A DNA stretch of 64,000 bases. Origin: Candidatus Binataceae bacterium (GTDB lineage Bacteria > Desulfobacterota > Binatia > Binatales > Binataceae). The position numbers were made by a program, and so were the translations under genes. Shown here piece by piece: positions 48,146 through 57,274 of the stretch; position 1 is the first letter of the stretch, and each line of letters starts with the position of its first letter. The stretch spans positions 77,020 to 141,019 of the forward strand of contig DASXMJ010000023.1 of the NCBI GenBank assembly GCA_036495685.1, read 5' to 3'. The notes beneath the pieces were generated by a model. The model did no database searches, had not been told where the DNA came from, and was given only the letters and a program-made list of their open reading frames with translations.

Positions 48146-48512
48146 GAGCTGATTACCGCAACCTCAATTAGTTGTACCAGATCGTGGTGTCAAGAAGAGC
48201 GACTTTTCGTGGAACCTTTGACGCTTAAGCGAAACTTCTTCTAGCGATCAATATATCTCAGCTGAAGCTGCTGAGATACCGGCACCAATTTCCTTGATTT
48301 GGAGAGCTTCTCGAGAATTGCAAAGCGGTCTCATCACCCACGCGCGATGGACGTTGGCGATTGGATCACGAACTGAGGTGACTTCAGCCGCCCTCCTGCG
48401 GCATTTTCGCGCGCGGCGTCCCAAAACTTCGTCTCGTCGACGCGATCCTTACTCAGCCCTCAGGTAGGTGCTTTCCGAAGCGGCGCGCGGTCACAGCGGG
48501 CGAAACGGGCTA
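48146..48512 (-). promoter_or_regulatory. nuo operon upstream region with promoter-like and palindromic elements
   Basis: On the minus strand, a perfect TTGACA -35 hexamer, a 17-nt spacer and TAATTG. There is also a TATATT -10-like hexamer next to an inverted repeat, CTCAGC-7-GCTGAG. A GAGGT RBS precedes the nuoA ATG. Confidence 0.3.
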
Positions 48513-48848
48513 TCAGGACATTTCCTTAATCAGCTTGCCGCTGCGCGCTTTCTCGACCGTGGACTCAAACCGAGGTCCCAGGTCTACGCCCATTTCCTTG
48601 GCGCGCTTCTTAGCCCACAGGCCAACGTTGCGGGAGTCACGGTAGAAGGATTCGTCGCGTGGCTTGGAGGTATCAAAACTCTGAAGCCGCGAGGCTTCGC
48701 TCTCGACCACGGCGAAGCAAGACATCACCCGCCGCAGCCGCGTCGAGTGACAGGCGCGGCAGGAACGGCGCTCGCGCTTCCTGCGCCCCAGCACGACATG
48801 CGAGCTGACCTGGCCGCACCGCGCGCATTCATACTCAAAAATCGGCAT
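48513..48848 (-). CDS. FmdB-family zinc-ribbon protein
   Basis: The N-terminus MPIFEYECARCG...CRAC matches the FmdB CxxC-CxxC ribbon. The start is set at MPIFEY. Confidence 0.6.
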   Translation of the reverse strand: MPIFEYECARCGQVSSHVVLGRRKRERRSCRACHSTRLRRVMSCFAVVESEASRLQSFDTSKPRDESFYRDSRNVGLWAKKRAKEMGVDLGPRFESTVEKARSGKLIKEMS

Positions 48849-48930
48849 CTGGCGCGAAGGATATCGTGCCCCCATTAGGCTGGCAATCAAGGACGGAGAA
48901 ACCCACAACTGCCCGATCCGTAAGCCAGAC

Positions 48931-49146
48931 CTAGCGGGATGGGTAAATCAGGTTTGCAATTGGACTTCCGGCCAGAAACAGTACCCCTATCGCTCCTACC
49001 ACCAGCCCGGTTCCCAGCCACCACGGCGAGCGATATTCGGCCCCCAGGACGATCATCAGCAGCGCCCAGACCGGCAGAACCGCCGAGATGCCAAATCGGA
49101 TCAGCGCGCTGACCGCACGCTCTGCTCTTTCAACTTGATCGGCCAT
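48931..49146 (-). CDS. small membrane protein (71 aa, 2 TM)
   Basis: Hydrophobic. Its start lies 7 nt from the GT-C gene stop. Confidence 0.4.
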   Translation of the reverse strand: MADQVERAERAVSALIRFGISAVLPVWALLMIVLGAEYRSPWWLGTGLVVGAIGVLFLAGSPIANLIYPSR

Positions 49147-49152
49147 TGGTTC

Positions 49153-50910
49153 CTATCTAGCGATTCCACGGTCGCTCTTCAAACCCGACGCCGGCTCAAT
49201 CAGATAGAGCGCCGGAGGACCTTCCCCGCCTGAAATATTTGACCTCTCTACCAGTCGTAGGCGCCCTCGATAGGAGTCCGGCAGCATAGCCAGGTCCCTG
49301 TCTCGAGCGATCAGGTACCCTCCGGAAGGAGTGGCAGGTTCCTTCCTGATAGCCGGGGGAAGGCCTCTCCCCAAGACCAGCGGCGGTACCAGTGCCCCAT
49401 AGTAGAAGGCCAGGTCGAAATCGGCATCATGGACCACAAACAGCGGATGACCATCGATCCGTTCGCGAACCTGCGCAACGAAGCTCTTGTAACTGCGCGA
49501 CCTCGCAAGCTCGGGTCGGACGAAAGTGTCGATCAGAACGACGCCCGCAAAGCTGATCACGCCGATCATTGCGCCGACCAGAAATGTCGAGCGTCGAACT
49601 AAAAATACGAACGCAGCTACCGCAGCCACCGCAGAAATGCCTAGAAGGATCATGAACGGCGGGCTCCGGGTCGCGATGCCGCGTTCCAGAATCGTCATCA
49701 GCGCCGCATCGCTCGATTGTAGCGTCAGCGGCGGATTCCTCGTGGCAGTCGCGAGAGCCAGCGGGACCGCCAGCAGCGCTGCGAACCCTATCAGCGCGCT
49801 TACCCCGTCGCGAATCTTTGCGCCTCCCGGGTAGCCGCCCGTCGGCTGCTTCATGCCGAAAGCAGCTGCGGACAAAATCGCAACTCCCGGCAGAGCGGGT
49901 AGAATGTAGTCGTCGCGCTTGGCGCTGGCGACCGAGAACACAATCACGACAGCAGCGACCAGGCTCGCCTGGAAGACCAGGGGCCTGCGCTGCGGGTTCG
50001 ATACTTCTCCGGTTGCAAAGCCTGCCAGGGTTGCGGGCATCAACAAAATCAACGGGTTAGCCTGGCCGATGAGACGCGCCGTGATGTACCAGAACGGCCG
50101 CGAGGCTTCACCGGTACCGCCCAGACTGGCAGGAGCGAAATGCCCGAAGTTCTCATGTAGAAAAATGCGCACTTCGTGGGATCCTCCGATGATCAGATAT
50201 GGCGCGTACCAAAGAAAGCCGATCGTCGCCGCGATGACGAAAATCTGCCAGGGCCATGCGCTACGCAGTAGCGGCCGCACATGGTCACGCTCGAATGCAA
50301 CAAACAGCAATCCTGCGCATGCCGCGAGGATCAGGACCACCGGCCCCTTGGTTACGACACCGAGTCCGAGTAGTGCTCCGGTTGCGTAAATACGCGCGCT
50401 TGATGCTCTGCCCCCGAACATCGGGTACGCGACGAGCCAGGCACTCATCAGGAGCGCCACCATTAACATGTCGGTCAGGGCCAGAGTCGCCCGCGAGGAA
50501 AATCCGTAGATGCCGAGAATGAACATTAACGCCAGCCACCCCTCAGCGACGCCAATCTCGGATGCCGTCCACCCCAGGACTTCCACCGCGATGACCGTCG
50601 CGGCAACCACCGAGACGATGCGCGCACGGGTCTCATCGACCGTGCCGCCGGTGGCCTTGCTGATCAGTGCGGAAAGCCAGTAATAGAGCGGCGGTTTGCG
50701 ATCTACGAAGCCGTAGTAGTCGCGCGGGTTGAACCAATTGCCGTCGCGAACCACGCTTACGATCCATTCCGCGGATTGCGGTTCGGCGTCCTTCTGAAAC
50801 GGCGCACTGATCCCCTGCGTCAGAACCAAAAAGGCCAAGATGGCAGCGGCGACCAGGTGGATTGTCGGCACACCGCGAGCGGCGACTAGCGGCCCGTCAC
50901 CCTGGGTCAT
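49153..50910 (-). CDS. GT-C fold glycosyltransferase, ArnT/PMT-like (GT83/GT39 family)
   Basis: A polytopic N-terminal half with a loop DRKPPLYYW and GLGVVTKGPVVLILA (compare ArnT YFEKPIAGYW / GMGVMTKGFLALAVP). It has a soluble C-terminal periplasmic domain. Its start overlaps the asparaginase stop by 4 nt. Confidence 0.65.
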   Translation of the reverse strand: MTQGDGPLVAARGVPTIHLVAAAILAFLVLTQGISAPFQKDAEPQSAEWIVSVVRDGNWFNPRDYYGFVDRKPPLYYWLSALISKATGGTVDETRARIVSVVAATVIAVEVLGWTASEIGVAEGWLALMFILGIYGFSSRATLALTDMLMVALLMSAWLVAYPMFGGRASSARIYATGALLGLGVVTKGPVVLILAACAGLLFVAFERDHVRPLLRSAWPWQIFVIAATIGFLWYAPYLIIGGSHEVRIFLHENFGHFAPASLGGTGEASRPFWYITARLIGQANPLILLMPATLAGFATGEVSNPQRRPLVFQASLVAAVVIVFSVASAKRDDYILPALPGVAILSAAAFGMKQPTGGYPGGAKIRDGVSALIGFAALLAVPLALATATRNPPLTLQSSDAALMTILERGIATRSPPFMILLGISAVAAVAAFVFLVRRSTFLVGAMIGVISFAGVVLIDTFVRPELARSRSYKSFVAQVRERIDGHPLFVVHDADFDLAFYYGALVPPLVLGRGLPPAIRKEPATPSGGYLIARDRDLAMLPDSYRGRLRLVERSNISGGEGPPALYLIEPASGLKSDRGIAR

Positions 50911-51848
50911 GATGTTCTTGCCAGCCTCAGCGGCTCGACCCAACAGTGCCGCAGCTCAGCCGAGTCGAAGGTCGCGACCTGCATGGCGGCGGCGTTATGC
51001 GCAAATCCGATCCGTCCCTTGCGGTCCACGATGACTATTCCACCTTCCGCTCTTGCCGGCTCGAGCAGGGTGGCGACCGCGCGGTGAGCAACGGACGATG
51101 GAGACTGCCCCGAAAGTGCAGCGACCGCCTCCCGGCAGAGTCCGGCCAGGATAATCGCCTCGCCGTGTCCGGTCGCTGAGGCCCCTCCTCGAGCCGACAC
51201 AAAGGTTCCCGCGCCAACTATGGCGGAATCGCCGACGCGACCGGGAATTTTGCCCGGAATTCCGCCAGTTGAAGTCCCCGCAGCGATATTGCCATTTGAG
51301 TCGATCGCCACGGCGCCCACCGTGCTGGGCGCGGCTGCGCTCGAGCCTTGGTTGCGAAGTTGGAACTGCCGCGCACGCCAGCGCTCGCGTGCGCGAGCAG
51401 TGATCAGATCCTCGACACGACACAACTCGATCCCGGCGCGCCGGGCGAATCGATGCGCCCCGCTGCCGGCGAGCATCACATGAGGTGTCTCCTCCATTAC
51501 CGCCCGCGCCAACATCAACGGGTTCTTGACCCGACTCACGGCGGCAACCGCGCCCGCCGATATCCGCGCCTTCCCGCGTTCCATGACCATGACGGACGCA
51601 TCCATCTCTACGGTTCCGACGCTGGTGAGAACCGAGCCGGTTCCCGCGTTGAACCGCGGATCGTCCTCTAGCTCCACCACCGTCACCTGCACGGCATCGA
51701 GGGCACTCCCACCTTCTCGGAGCAGCTCGGCGCCGCGTCGAACCGCCGCGAGCAGCGCATGTCGGCGCTCCGCTCGTTCCGCGGCCGGTCCTTTCGCACC
51801 CGCACCTCCATGTGCAATCAGTGCAGGCGATATACGCCGAAGCGTCAT
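50907..51848 (-). CDS. isoaspartyl peptidase / L-asparaginase (Ntn hydrolase, plant-type)
   Basis: IAHGGAG at the N-terminus, the autoproteolytic site GAVAIDSNGNIAAGTSTGG, and HGEAII. The start is set at MTLRRIS. Confidence 0.8.
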   Translation of the reverse strand: MTLRRISPALIAHGGAGAKGPAAERAERRHALLAAVRRGAELLREGGSALDAVQVTVVELEDDPRFNAGTGSVLTSVGTVEMDASVMVMERGKARISAGAVAAVSRVKNPLMLARAVMEETPHVMLAGSGAHRFARRAGIELCRVEDLITARARERWRARQFQLRNQGSSAAAPSTVGAVAIDSNGNIAAGTSTGGIPGKIPGRVGDSAIVGAGTFVSARGGASATGHGEAIILAGLCREAVAALSGQSPSSVAHRAVATLLEPARAEGGIVIVDRKGRIGFAHNAAAMQVATFDSAELRHCWVEPLRLARTS

Positions 51849-51849
51849 T

Positions 51850-52650
51850 TCATAAGGCCGGGCGGCGCGCCCAAATGAACAGGCGCTTGAAATCAAAAGT
51901 AACCGCTCCCGAGGTGCCGTAGGCCCTCTCCAGGCGGTGCCGGTAGGAATCGAGAAACGCTGTGCGCCGATCCTCGGGAAGCGCGTCGATAAACGGTCGC
52001 AGCCCGGTAGCGCGATACCACTCGACCACCTCCGCGGGACTCTGCATTGGATGGTGGAAGGTGCGGTAGAAGCAATCGATTTCCGAAAACCCAATCTCAC
52101 GCAGGATTTGCTGGTATTTCCCGGGCGGCGGCACTTCACGGAACGATTCGTCGATCCCGGAGAGCAGCGCGCACCACGGCTCCTCGCGCGCCAGATCACT
52201 CAGTGCCGCCTTCGCGGTTTCGCGATCGTTGGCCGGCATCTGGATGACCATGCGACCGCCGGGGACGAGGGCACGCAGCCAGTGTCCGAGCACCTCGCGA
52301 TGCTTTGGTATCCACTGCAGAGCCGCGTTCGAGAAGATAATCGCGTACTCGCGCTCACTACCGAGTCTCGCGATATCGCCAACTCGGAATCCGACCCGGT
52401 CGCGAAGTTCGCGCGCCAGGGTCGCTCTGGTTTTTTGTGCAGCGTCGATCATTGCCGGCGACAGATCGACCCCGAGCGCCTCGCCCCGGGACGCGCGTCG
52501 AGCAAGTTCGATGGTGTGGTCGCCCGTCCCGCAGCCCAGATCGGCGATACGCTCGTCGCCAGAAATCGGCAGGCGAGCAAGGATCAGCTCGACCGGCTCC
52601 GCCCGATAGCGGCGAAAACGGTTATACAGCTCCGGTTCCCAGTCGCTCAT
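51850..52650 (-). CDS. tam: trans-aconitate 2-methyltransferase
   Basis: Matches E. coli Tam along its length: MSDWEPELYNRF, the SAM motif ADLGCGTGD, FSNAALQWIP, ATGLRPFIDAL, and a C-terminal RLFIWARRPAL. Confidence 0.8.
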   Translation of the reverse strand: MSDWEPELYNRFRRYRAEPVELILARLPISGDERIADLGCGTGDHTIELARRASRGEALGVDLSPAMIDAAQKTRATLARELRDRVGFRVGDIARLGSEREYAIIFSNAALQWIPKHREVLGHWLRALVPGGRMVIQMPANDRETAKAALSDLAREEPWCALLSGIDESFREVPPPGKYQQILREIGFSEIDCFYRTFHHPMQSPAEVVEWYRATGLRPFIDALPEDRRTAFLDSYRHRLERAYGTSGAVTFDFKRLFIWARRPAL

Positions 52651-52745
52651 GTCAGCAATTTGCGCCTCGAAGGCAGCATAGGTGCCGACCGCCTGCCTCT
52701 CAAGGCGCTTGCCCGCCCTAAGGCTATCGGACAAACCATAGCGGC

Positions 52746-53744
52746 ATGAATTCGTCCCCTTCGGCGGGCGCCGGCGCCTCGCGCCATTCGCGACGTTTCG
52801 CGCTGATTGGCGGGGTCATGGTGGGGCTGGCCACCCTGCTCTGGCTGGCCGCGGCAACGCTGGTTGCTTATCGACTGAAATATCCAGGGTTCCTGGAGGA
52901 TGGACTGACCGACGTGTATGGCCCTGCTGTCCCGGTGGACATCGCGTCCTTGCCCCTCGATCCCCGAAAAGCGTTCGGAGCGGATTTCGAATCGGTGAAA
53001 ATCCACTTGAGCAGAGATCGCAGCGTCGACGGATGGATGATTCCGGGCAAACTCCCCGCGGCTATGCTGCTGGTCCCGCCTGCCGGAGGTACGCGACGCA
53101 CGATGATTCCGTACGCGAAATTCCTGCACGCAACAGGCTACCCAATCCTGGCCATCGACAGCGGCGACAATCCTCAAACCGGCACCACCTGGGGATGGAA
53201 CGAGCGTACGGCAGCACTTTCCGCCGCCAGCGAGCTGCGGCGGCGCGGCTTCAAAAGAATTGGCGCGTTGGGAGTTTCCGAAGGGGCGGCCGAGATAATT
53301 CTGGTGCAGGCTGCGGGCGCGTCGTTTGACGCGATCGTCGCCGATAGCCCTTATGGAAGCCTGGCCGGAATGTTCCAGCGGGTTCCCTCGATCGCCGGCT
53401 TAAATCCGGCGCTGCAACAGACCGCGCTCTGGGAAGCGGGGTTTTTTTTAGGTCACTCGATCTGGAAGGTCGATCCCGCCAAAGCCGCCCGCGACCTGGG
53501 TCCCGCCGGAATTCTGGTCATTCACAATCAGGGCGACAAGATCGTTCCAATCTCGGATGCGGAAGCTATCAGTACCGCGGCCGGCAATCGCGGCGAACTC
53601 TGGATCGTGCCGGGAGATGGACATGGCGACGCCATCTTCGAAGCACCCGCTGAATACGCCGCGCGCGTGGTCAAGTTCCTCGAGCAGAATTTACTGGTGC
53701 CCAGCTCAAGCGGTCCAAGGAATACCGCGTCCGCGAGCCCTTGA
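52746..53744 (+). CDS. alpha/beta hydrolase (dienelactone hydrolase/S9-like)
   Basis: An N-terminal TM anchor, a GVSEGA nucleophile elbow, and later Asp/His in DKIVPI...GDGHGD. Confidence 0.7.
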   Translation: MNSSPSAGAGASRHSRRFALIGGVMVGLATLLWLAAATLVAYRLKYPGFLEDGLTDVYGPAVPVDIASLPLDPRKAFGADFESVKIHLSRDRSVDGWMIPGKLPAAMLLVPPAGGTRRTMIPYAKFLHATGYPILAIDSGDNPQTGTTWGWNERTAALSAASELRRRGFKRIGALGVSEGAAEIILVQAAGASFDAIVADSPYGSLAGMFQRVPSIAGLNPALQQTALWEAGFFLGHSIWKVDPAKAARDLGPAGILVIHNQGDKIVPISDAEAISTAAGNRGELWIVPGDGHGDAIFEAPAEYAARVVKFLEQNLLVPSSSGPRNTASASP

Positions 53745-53920
53745 ACCTCCGCGTCTAGTCGTCGTCACGCAAAGCAGTCATTCCAAATGTGGTTTTCCAG
53801 ATGGGGTCAGGCTGGTTAGTTTCCGCACCCCGGTTGGGGACCTGCAGCGCCCCAAGAAAAAAGCGCAAGCAACAATCACTGCCTTGATCGTTTTACCGGC
53901 GAACTCCGGTCGCAACCGCG

Positions 53921-54814
53921 CTACATCCGCGGCGGGCTTAAGTCCACCAGCAATGTCGACTTGAGGCGATCGAACAACGCATCGATGTCCCACGGACCGT
54001 CGTTATAGATGACCCTATCGGCCACGATGTGCCGATAACGCATGATCCGGTAGCCGGATGCACCGAAACATTGCCCGGTAACGCTAGCGGCTTCATCGCT
54101 GGCGAGGAACACGCAGAGTGGCGCGACGTTGATGGGATCGCGTGGAGTTCCTTCCACGCTCTGGCTCTGCGCTATTCCGGTCGCACCCGGCATGCGGCCC
54201 GCCGGAATCGTATCGGTCATGCGGGTGGATGCACCAGGCATGATCGCATTTACGGTGATGCCGTACTTTTGCAGCGCGTTTGCCGAACTGTAGGTCAGCC
54301 CGAGAATCCCGGCCTTCGCTGCGGCATAGTTCGGCTGCCCGGGGCTGCCGAGCGCGGAATTCGATGAAAAATTTATCACGCGCCCGCTCTTATGCTCGCG
54401 CATGTGGGCCGTGGCCGGCCGCATGGTGCAGTAGTGGCCCTTGAGATGGACCCGAATTACGTCATCCCATTCCTGCTCGCTCATGTTGAAGATCATTCGA
54501 TCGCGCAGAATGCCGGCGACGTTGACCAGGATATCGAGCTTGCAGAACTCCTTGACCGCCTGATTGATGAGGCCCTCACCACCCTCCACGGTGGAGATGT
54601 CCATGTGGTTGGAAGTCGCCTTGCCGCCGGCAGCTTTGATCTCCTTGACCACATCTTCGGCCGGAGTGCTGGTCTCACGCGCGCCCGCGACAGTAACGCC
54701 CAGGTCATTGACCACCACCGCGGCACCCTGCGCGGCAAATGTCTTCGCGATTCCGCGGCCGATCCCGCGGCCGCCCCCGGTGATTACCGCAACCTTGCCA
54801 TCGAGCTTACCCAT
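53921..54814 (-). CDS. SDR family oxidoreductase
   Basis: VAVITGGGRGIGRGIA Rossmann motif and an NVAG...YAAAK catalytic region. Confidence 0.8.
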   Translation of the reverse strand: MGKLDGKVAVITGGGRGIGRGIAKTFAAQGAAVVVNDLGVTVAGARETSTPAEDVVKEIKAAGGKATSNHMDISTVEGGEGLINQAVKEFCKLDILVNVAGILRDRMIFNMSEQEWDDVIRVHLKGHYCTMRPATAHMREHKSGRVINFSSNSALGSPGQPNYAAAKAGILGLTYSSANALQKYGITVNAIMPGASTRMTDTIPAGRMPGATGIAQSQSVEGTPRDPINVAPLCVFLASDEAASVTGQCFGASGYRIMRYRHIVADRVIYNDGPWDIDALFDRLKSTLLVDLSPPRM

Positions 54815-54951
54815 AGGTTCGCGTCTCCTTGATGTGATGGAATCCAAACTCTTAAGGGTTTCGGTTCCCACGAGCCGAACAGTCGGTTCTAAAGAAAACG
54901 CCGGCTCGTCTCCAGCGCTTATAGCGCAAAATTCCGTCCACGGGCAGGAAT

Positions 54952-56037
54952 TCAGAAGCTAGCTACGTTCGCCACGACGAATTCCACGATCTGTCCCTGG
55001 GTATTAACCCGGGCGATCTTTCCGTTGGGTTCGGTAAACCACAGATTTCCATCGGGGCCGGCCGCGATGAAGGTCGGAACGGTGTCGGAGCCGGTATGGA
55101 ACGCGGTGAATTCTCCGGAAGGTGAGACGCGCATGACCGTGCGGCTGCCAACGATGGTGACCCAAAGATTACCATCCGAGCCGGTCGCGATTCCGAGCGG
55201 CGATCCTTTCTCCGGCAGATGATATTCGGTTATGGAACCTTGCGGCGTAACCTTGCCGATTTGTTGCGCCGCAAGTTCGGTAAACCATACGTTGCCGTCG
55301 GGACCGAGCGTCATGCAGCCGGGCGTCGCATCTGGGGTCTGGATGGCGAATTCGGCGACCTTGCCGTTAGAAGTAATCCTGCCGAGCCGATTGCCTTTAT
55401 CTTCCGCAAACCAGACATAACCGTCGCGCCCTGCCACGATCTCTGCGGGCCCGCCCCCGCTCGGCAGGCTGAATTCAGTGAGCGTTCCCGATGGGCTCAG
55501 GCGACCGATGCGATTTCCAGTCCGCTCGGTAAACCAGAGATTCCCGTCTTCGCCGGTTGTGATGCCATTAGGGCCGCTCCCGTCGCGCGGCAATTTTACG
55601 TAGGCGACCTTGTCGTCACCCTGCACGCGCCCGATACGGTTACCCACCGTATCAGTGAACCACATCGCTCCATCGGGCCCAGCCGTGAGGCGCTGCGCAA
55701 AGCCGCTTGGATCGATCTTGAACCGCATGACCGAGCCATTGGACTGAATCCGGCCGATACCGTCACCCTGGTACTCGGTGTACCAAACCGCGCCATCCTT
55801 TCCACCAGCGATTGCGTACGGCGAATGAGTGCCGATCGGCCCGCGATGAGCGCGCTCCGGCGGCGCCGGAGGAGCTTTCGCGCGAGCGGTGGCGCAAGCT
55901 GCTAGAACGCACGCCCCTATCGCGGCAAAGACCAGCTGGGCCAGAACCCTTCCGGAAAGCGAAATGGTTCCACAAGCATGTGCCTGTGCCGCCGCGTTGC
56001 GCGGTAACCCAGCTCGCAGTTTCACAGGTGCCGACAC
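54952..56037 (-). CDS. secreted Vgb-like (virginiamycin B lyase-type) beta-propeller repeat protein
   Basis: A signal-anchor N-terminus. It has 7 or more tandem roughly 42-aa repeats of the form GPDGNLWFTE...NRIGR, characteristic of the Vgb/streptogramin-lyase propeller. Confidence 0.65.
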   Translation of the reverse strand: MSAPVKLRAGLPRNAAAQAHACGTISLSGRVLAQLVFAAIGACVLAACATARAKAPPAPPERAHRGPIGTHSPYAIAGGKDGAVWYTEYQGDGIGRIQSNGSVMRFKIDPSGFAQRLTAGPDGAMWFTDTVGNRIGRVQGDDKVAYVKLPRDGSGPNGITTGEDGNLWFTERTGNRIGRLSPSGTLTEFSLPSGGGPAEIVAGRDGYVWFAEDKGNRLGRITSNGKVAEFAIQTPDATPGCMTLGPDGNVWFTELAAQQIGKVTPQGSITEYHLPEKGSPLGIATGSDGNLWVTIVGSRTVMRVSPSGEFTAFHTGSDTVPTFIAAGPDGNLWFTEPNGKIARVNTQGQIVEFVVANVASF

Positions 56038-56041
56038 CTGG

Positions 56042-57196
56042 CTATTTGATGATTGCGCGGCTATGGAGGTCGGCTATCTCCTGTCGGTCAAATCCGAAAT
56101 CCGCGAGAATCTCGTCGGTATGCTCGCCCAGGCCCGGGGCATGACGCCAAAGCTCAGGCTTCTTTCCCGAAAGGCGGGTGCCGGGACGCACGGCGCGGAC
56201 TCGCCCGGCGACTGGATGCTCATATTCGTAGAAGGTCTCGTTGACTACGTACTGAGGATCTTCCCAGATTGTGTCGAAGTCATTTACGCGCCCGCACGGG
56301 ACATCGGCCTTTTCGATTCGCTCGAGCCAGTAGTCGGACGGCTGGCTCGGAAACAGCTCGATTAGTTTGCGCGCGGCATTCCGCACTCGCTCGTTGCGCG
56401 GTTCGTCTCCCTCGAACCACTCGGGATGCCCGACCGCTTCGAGTAGTGCTTTCCAATGTTTGTCGGTCAACGGTGCAATCGTCATGTAGCCGTCTGCCGT
56501 CTTGAAGGGTTCTGCCGAACCCATCGTGGGCGGCAATCCCGGTTGATGGGGCAGCAGCGTATGACGCACGCCGGTGTCACCCATCAGGTAGTATGCGACC
56601 GCGTCTATCATCGCGATCTCGATGTGCTGTCCCTTGCCGGTGCGCGCTTCCTGCAGGGCGGCAAGAATGCCGATTGCAGCCGTCATTGCGGTCACCTTGT
56701 CGGCTATGATGTTTTTTACCGCACGCGGCCGGCCTTGTGTCCGCTGGGTGATCATTACGCCCGCGACTCCCTGGATAATCGGATCGTAGGCGGGTTTGTC
56801 GCGATAAGGACCTTCGAAACCGTAGCCGGCGATCGAGCAGTACACGATCTTGGGGTTGCGTTTCGACACTGCCTCGTAGCCGACACCGAGACGGTCTACC
56901 ACCCCCGGCCGCACGTTCTGGATCACAACGTCGGCTTGCTCCGCCATCCTCAGGAAAACCTCCGCGGCGCCCGGCTGCTTGAGATCGAGGACCATGCCTC
57001 GCTTGCTGCGGTTCCAGTTGAGGATTCCGACCGGCACCCCGTTGCGTTGCGGACCCGGAACGATGCGCACCACGTCCCCCTCGGGCGGCTCGATCTTTAT
57101 GATGTCGGCGCCCAAGTCGCCGAGTATCATCGTGCAAAATGGCCCAGCGACAACCATGCTCAGGTCCAGAACCTTGATGCCTTTAAGCGGACCCAT
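56042..57196 (-). CDS. CoA transferase, family III (CaiB/BaiF)
   Basis: GIKVLDLSMVVAGPFCTMILGDLGADIIKIEPPEGD is the canonical family III N-terminus. Confidence 0.85.
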   Translation of the reverse strand: MGPLKGIKVLDLSMVVAGPFCTMILGDLGADIIKIEPPEGDVVRIVPGPQRNGVPVGILNWNRSKRGMVLDLKQPGAAEVFLRMAEQADVVIQNVRPGVVDRLGVGYEAVSKRNPKIVYCSIAGYGFEGPYRDKPAYDPIIQGVAGVMITQRTQGRPRAVKNIIADKVTAMTAAIGILAALQEARTGKGQHIEIAMIDAVAYYLMGDTGVRHTLLPHQPGLPPTMGSAEPFKTADGYMTIAPLTDKHWKALLEAVGHPEWFEGDEPRNERVRNAARKLIELFPSQPSDYWLERIEKADVPCGRVNDFDTIWEDPQYVVNETFYEYEHPVAGRVRAVRPGTRLSGKKPELWRHAPGLGEHTDEILADFGFDRQEIADLHSRAIIK

Positions 57197-57274
57197 CAGG
57201 AAACCCTCCACCGCTCTTATAGTCGAAGCCGCATTGTCCTAACAATGCGGACCGGCCAACCGACGCGCTGACCC

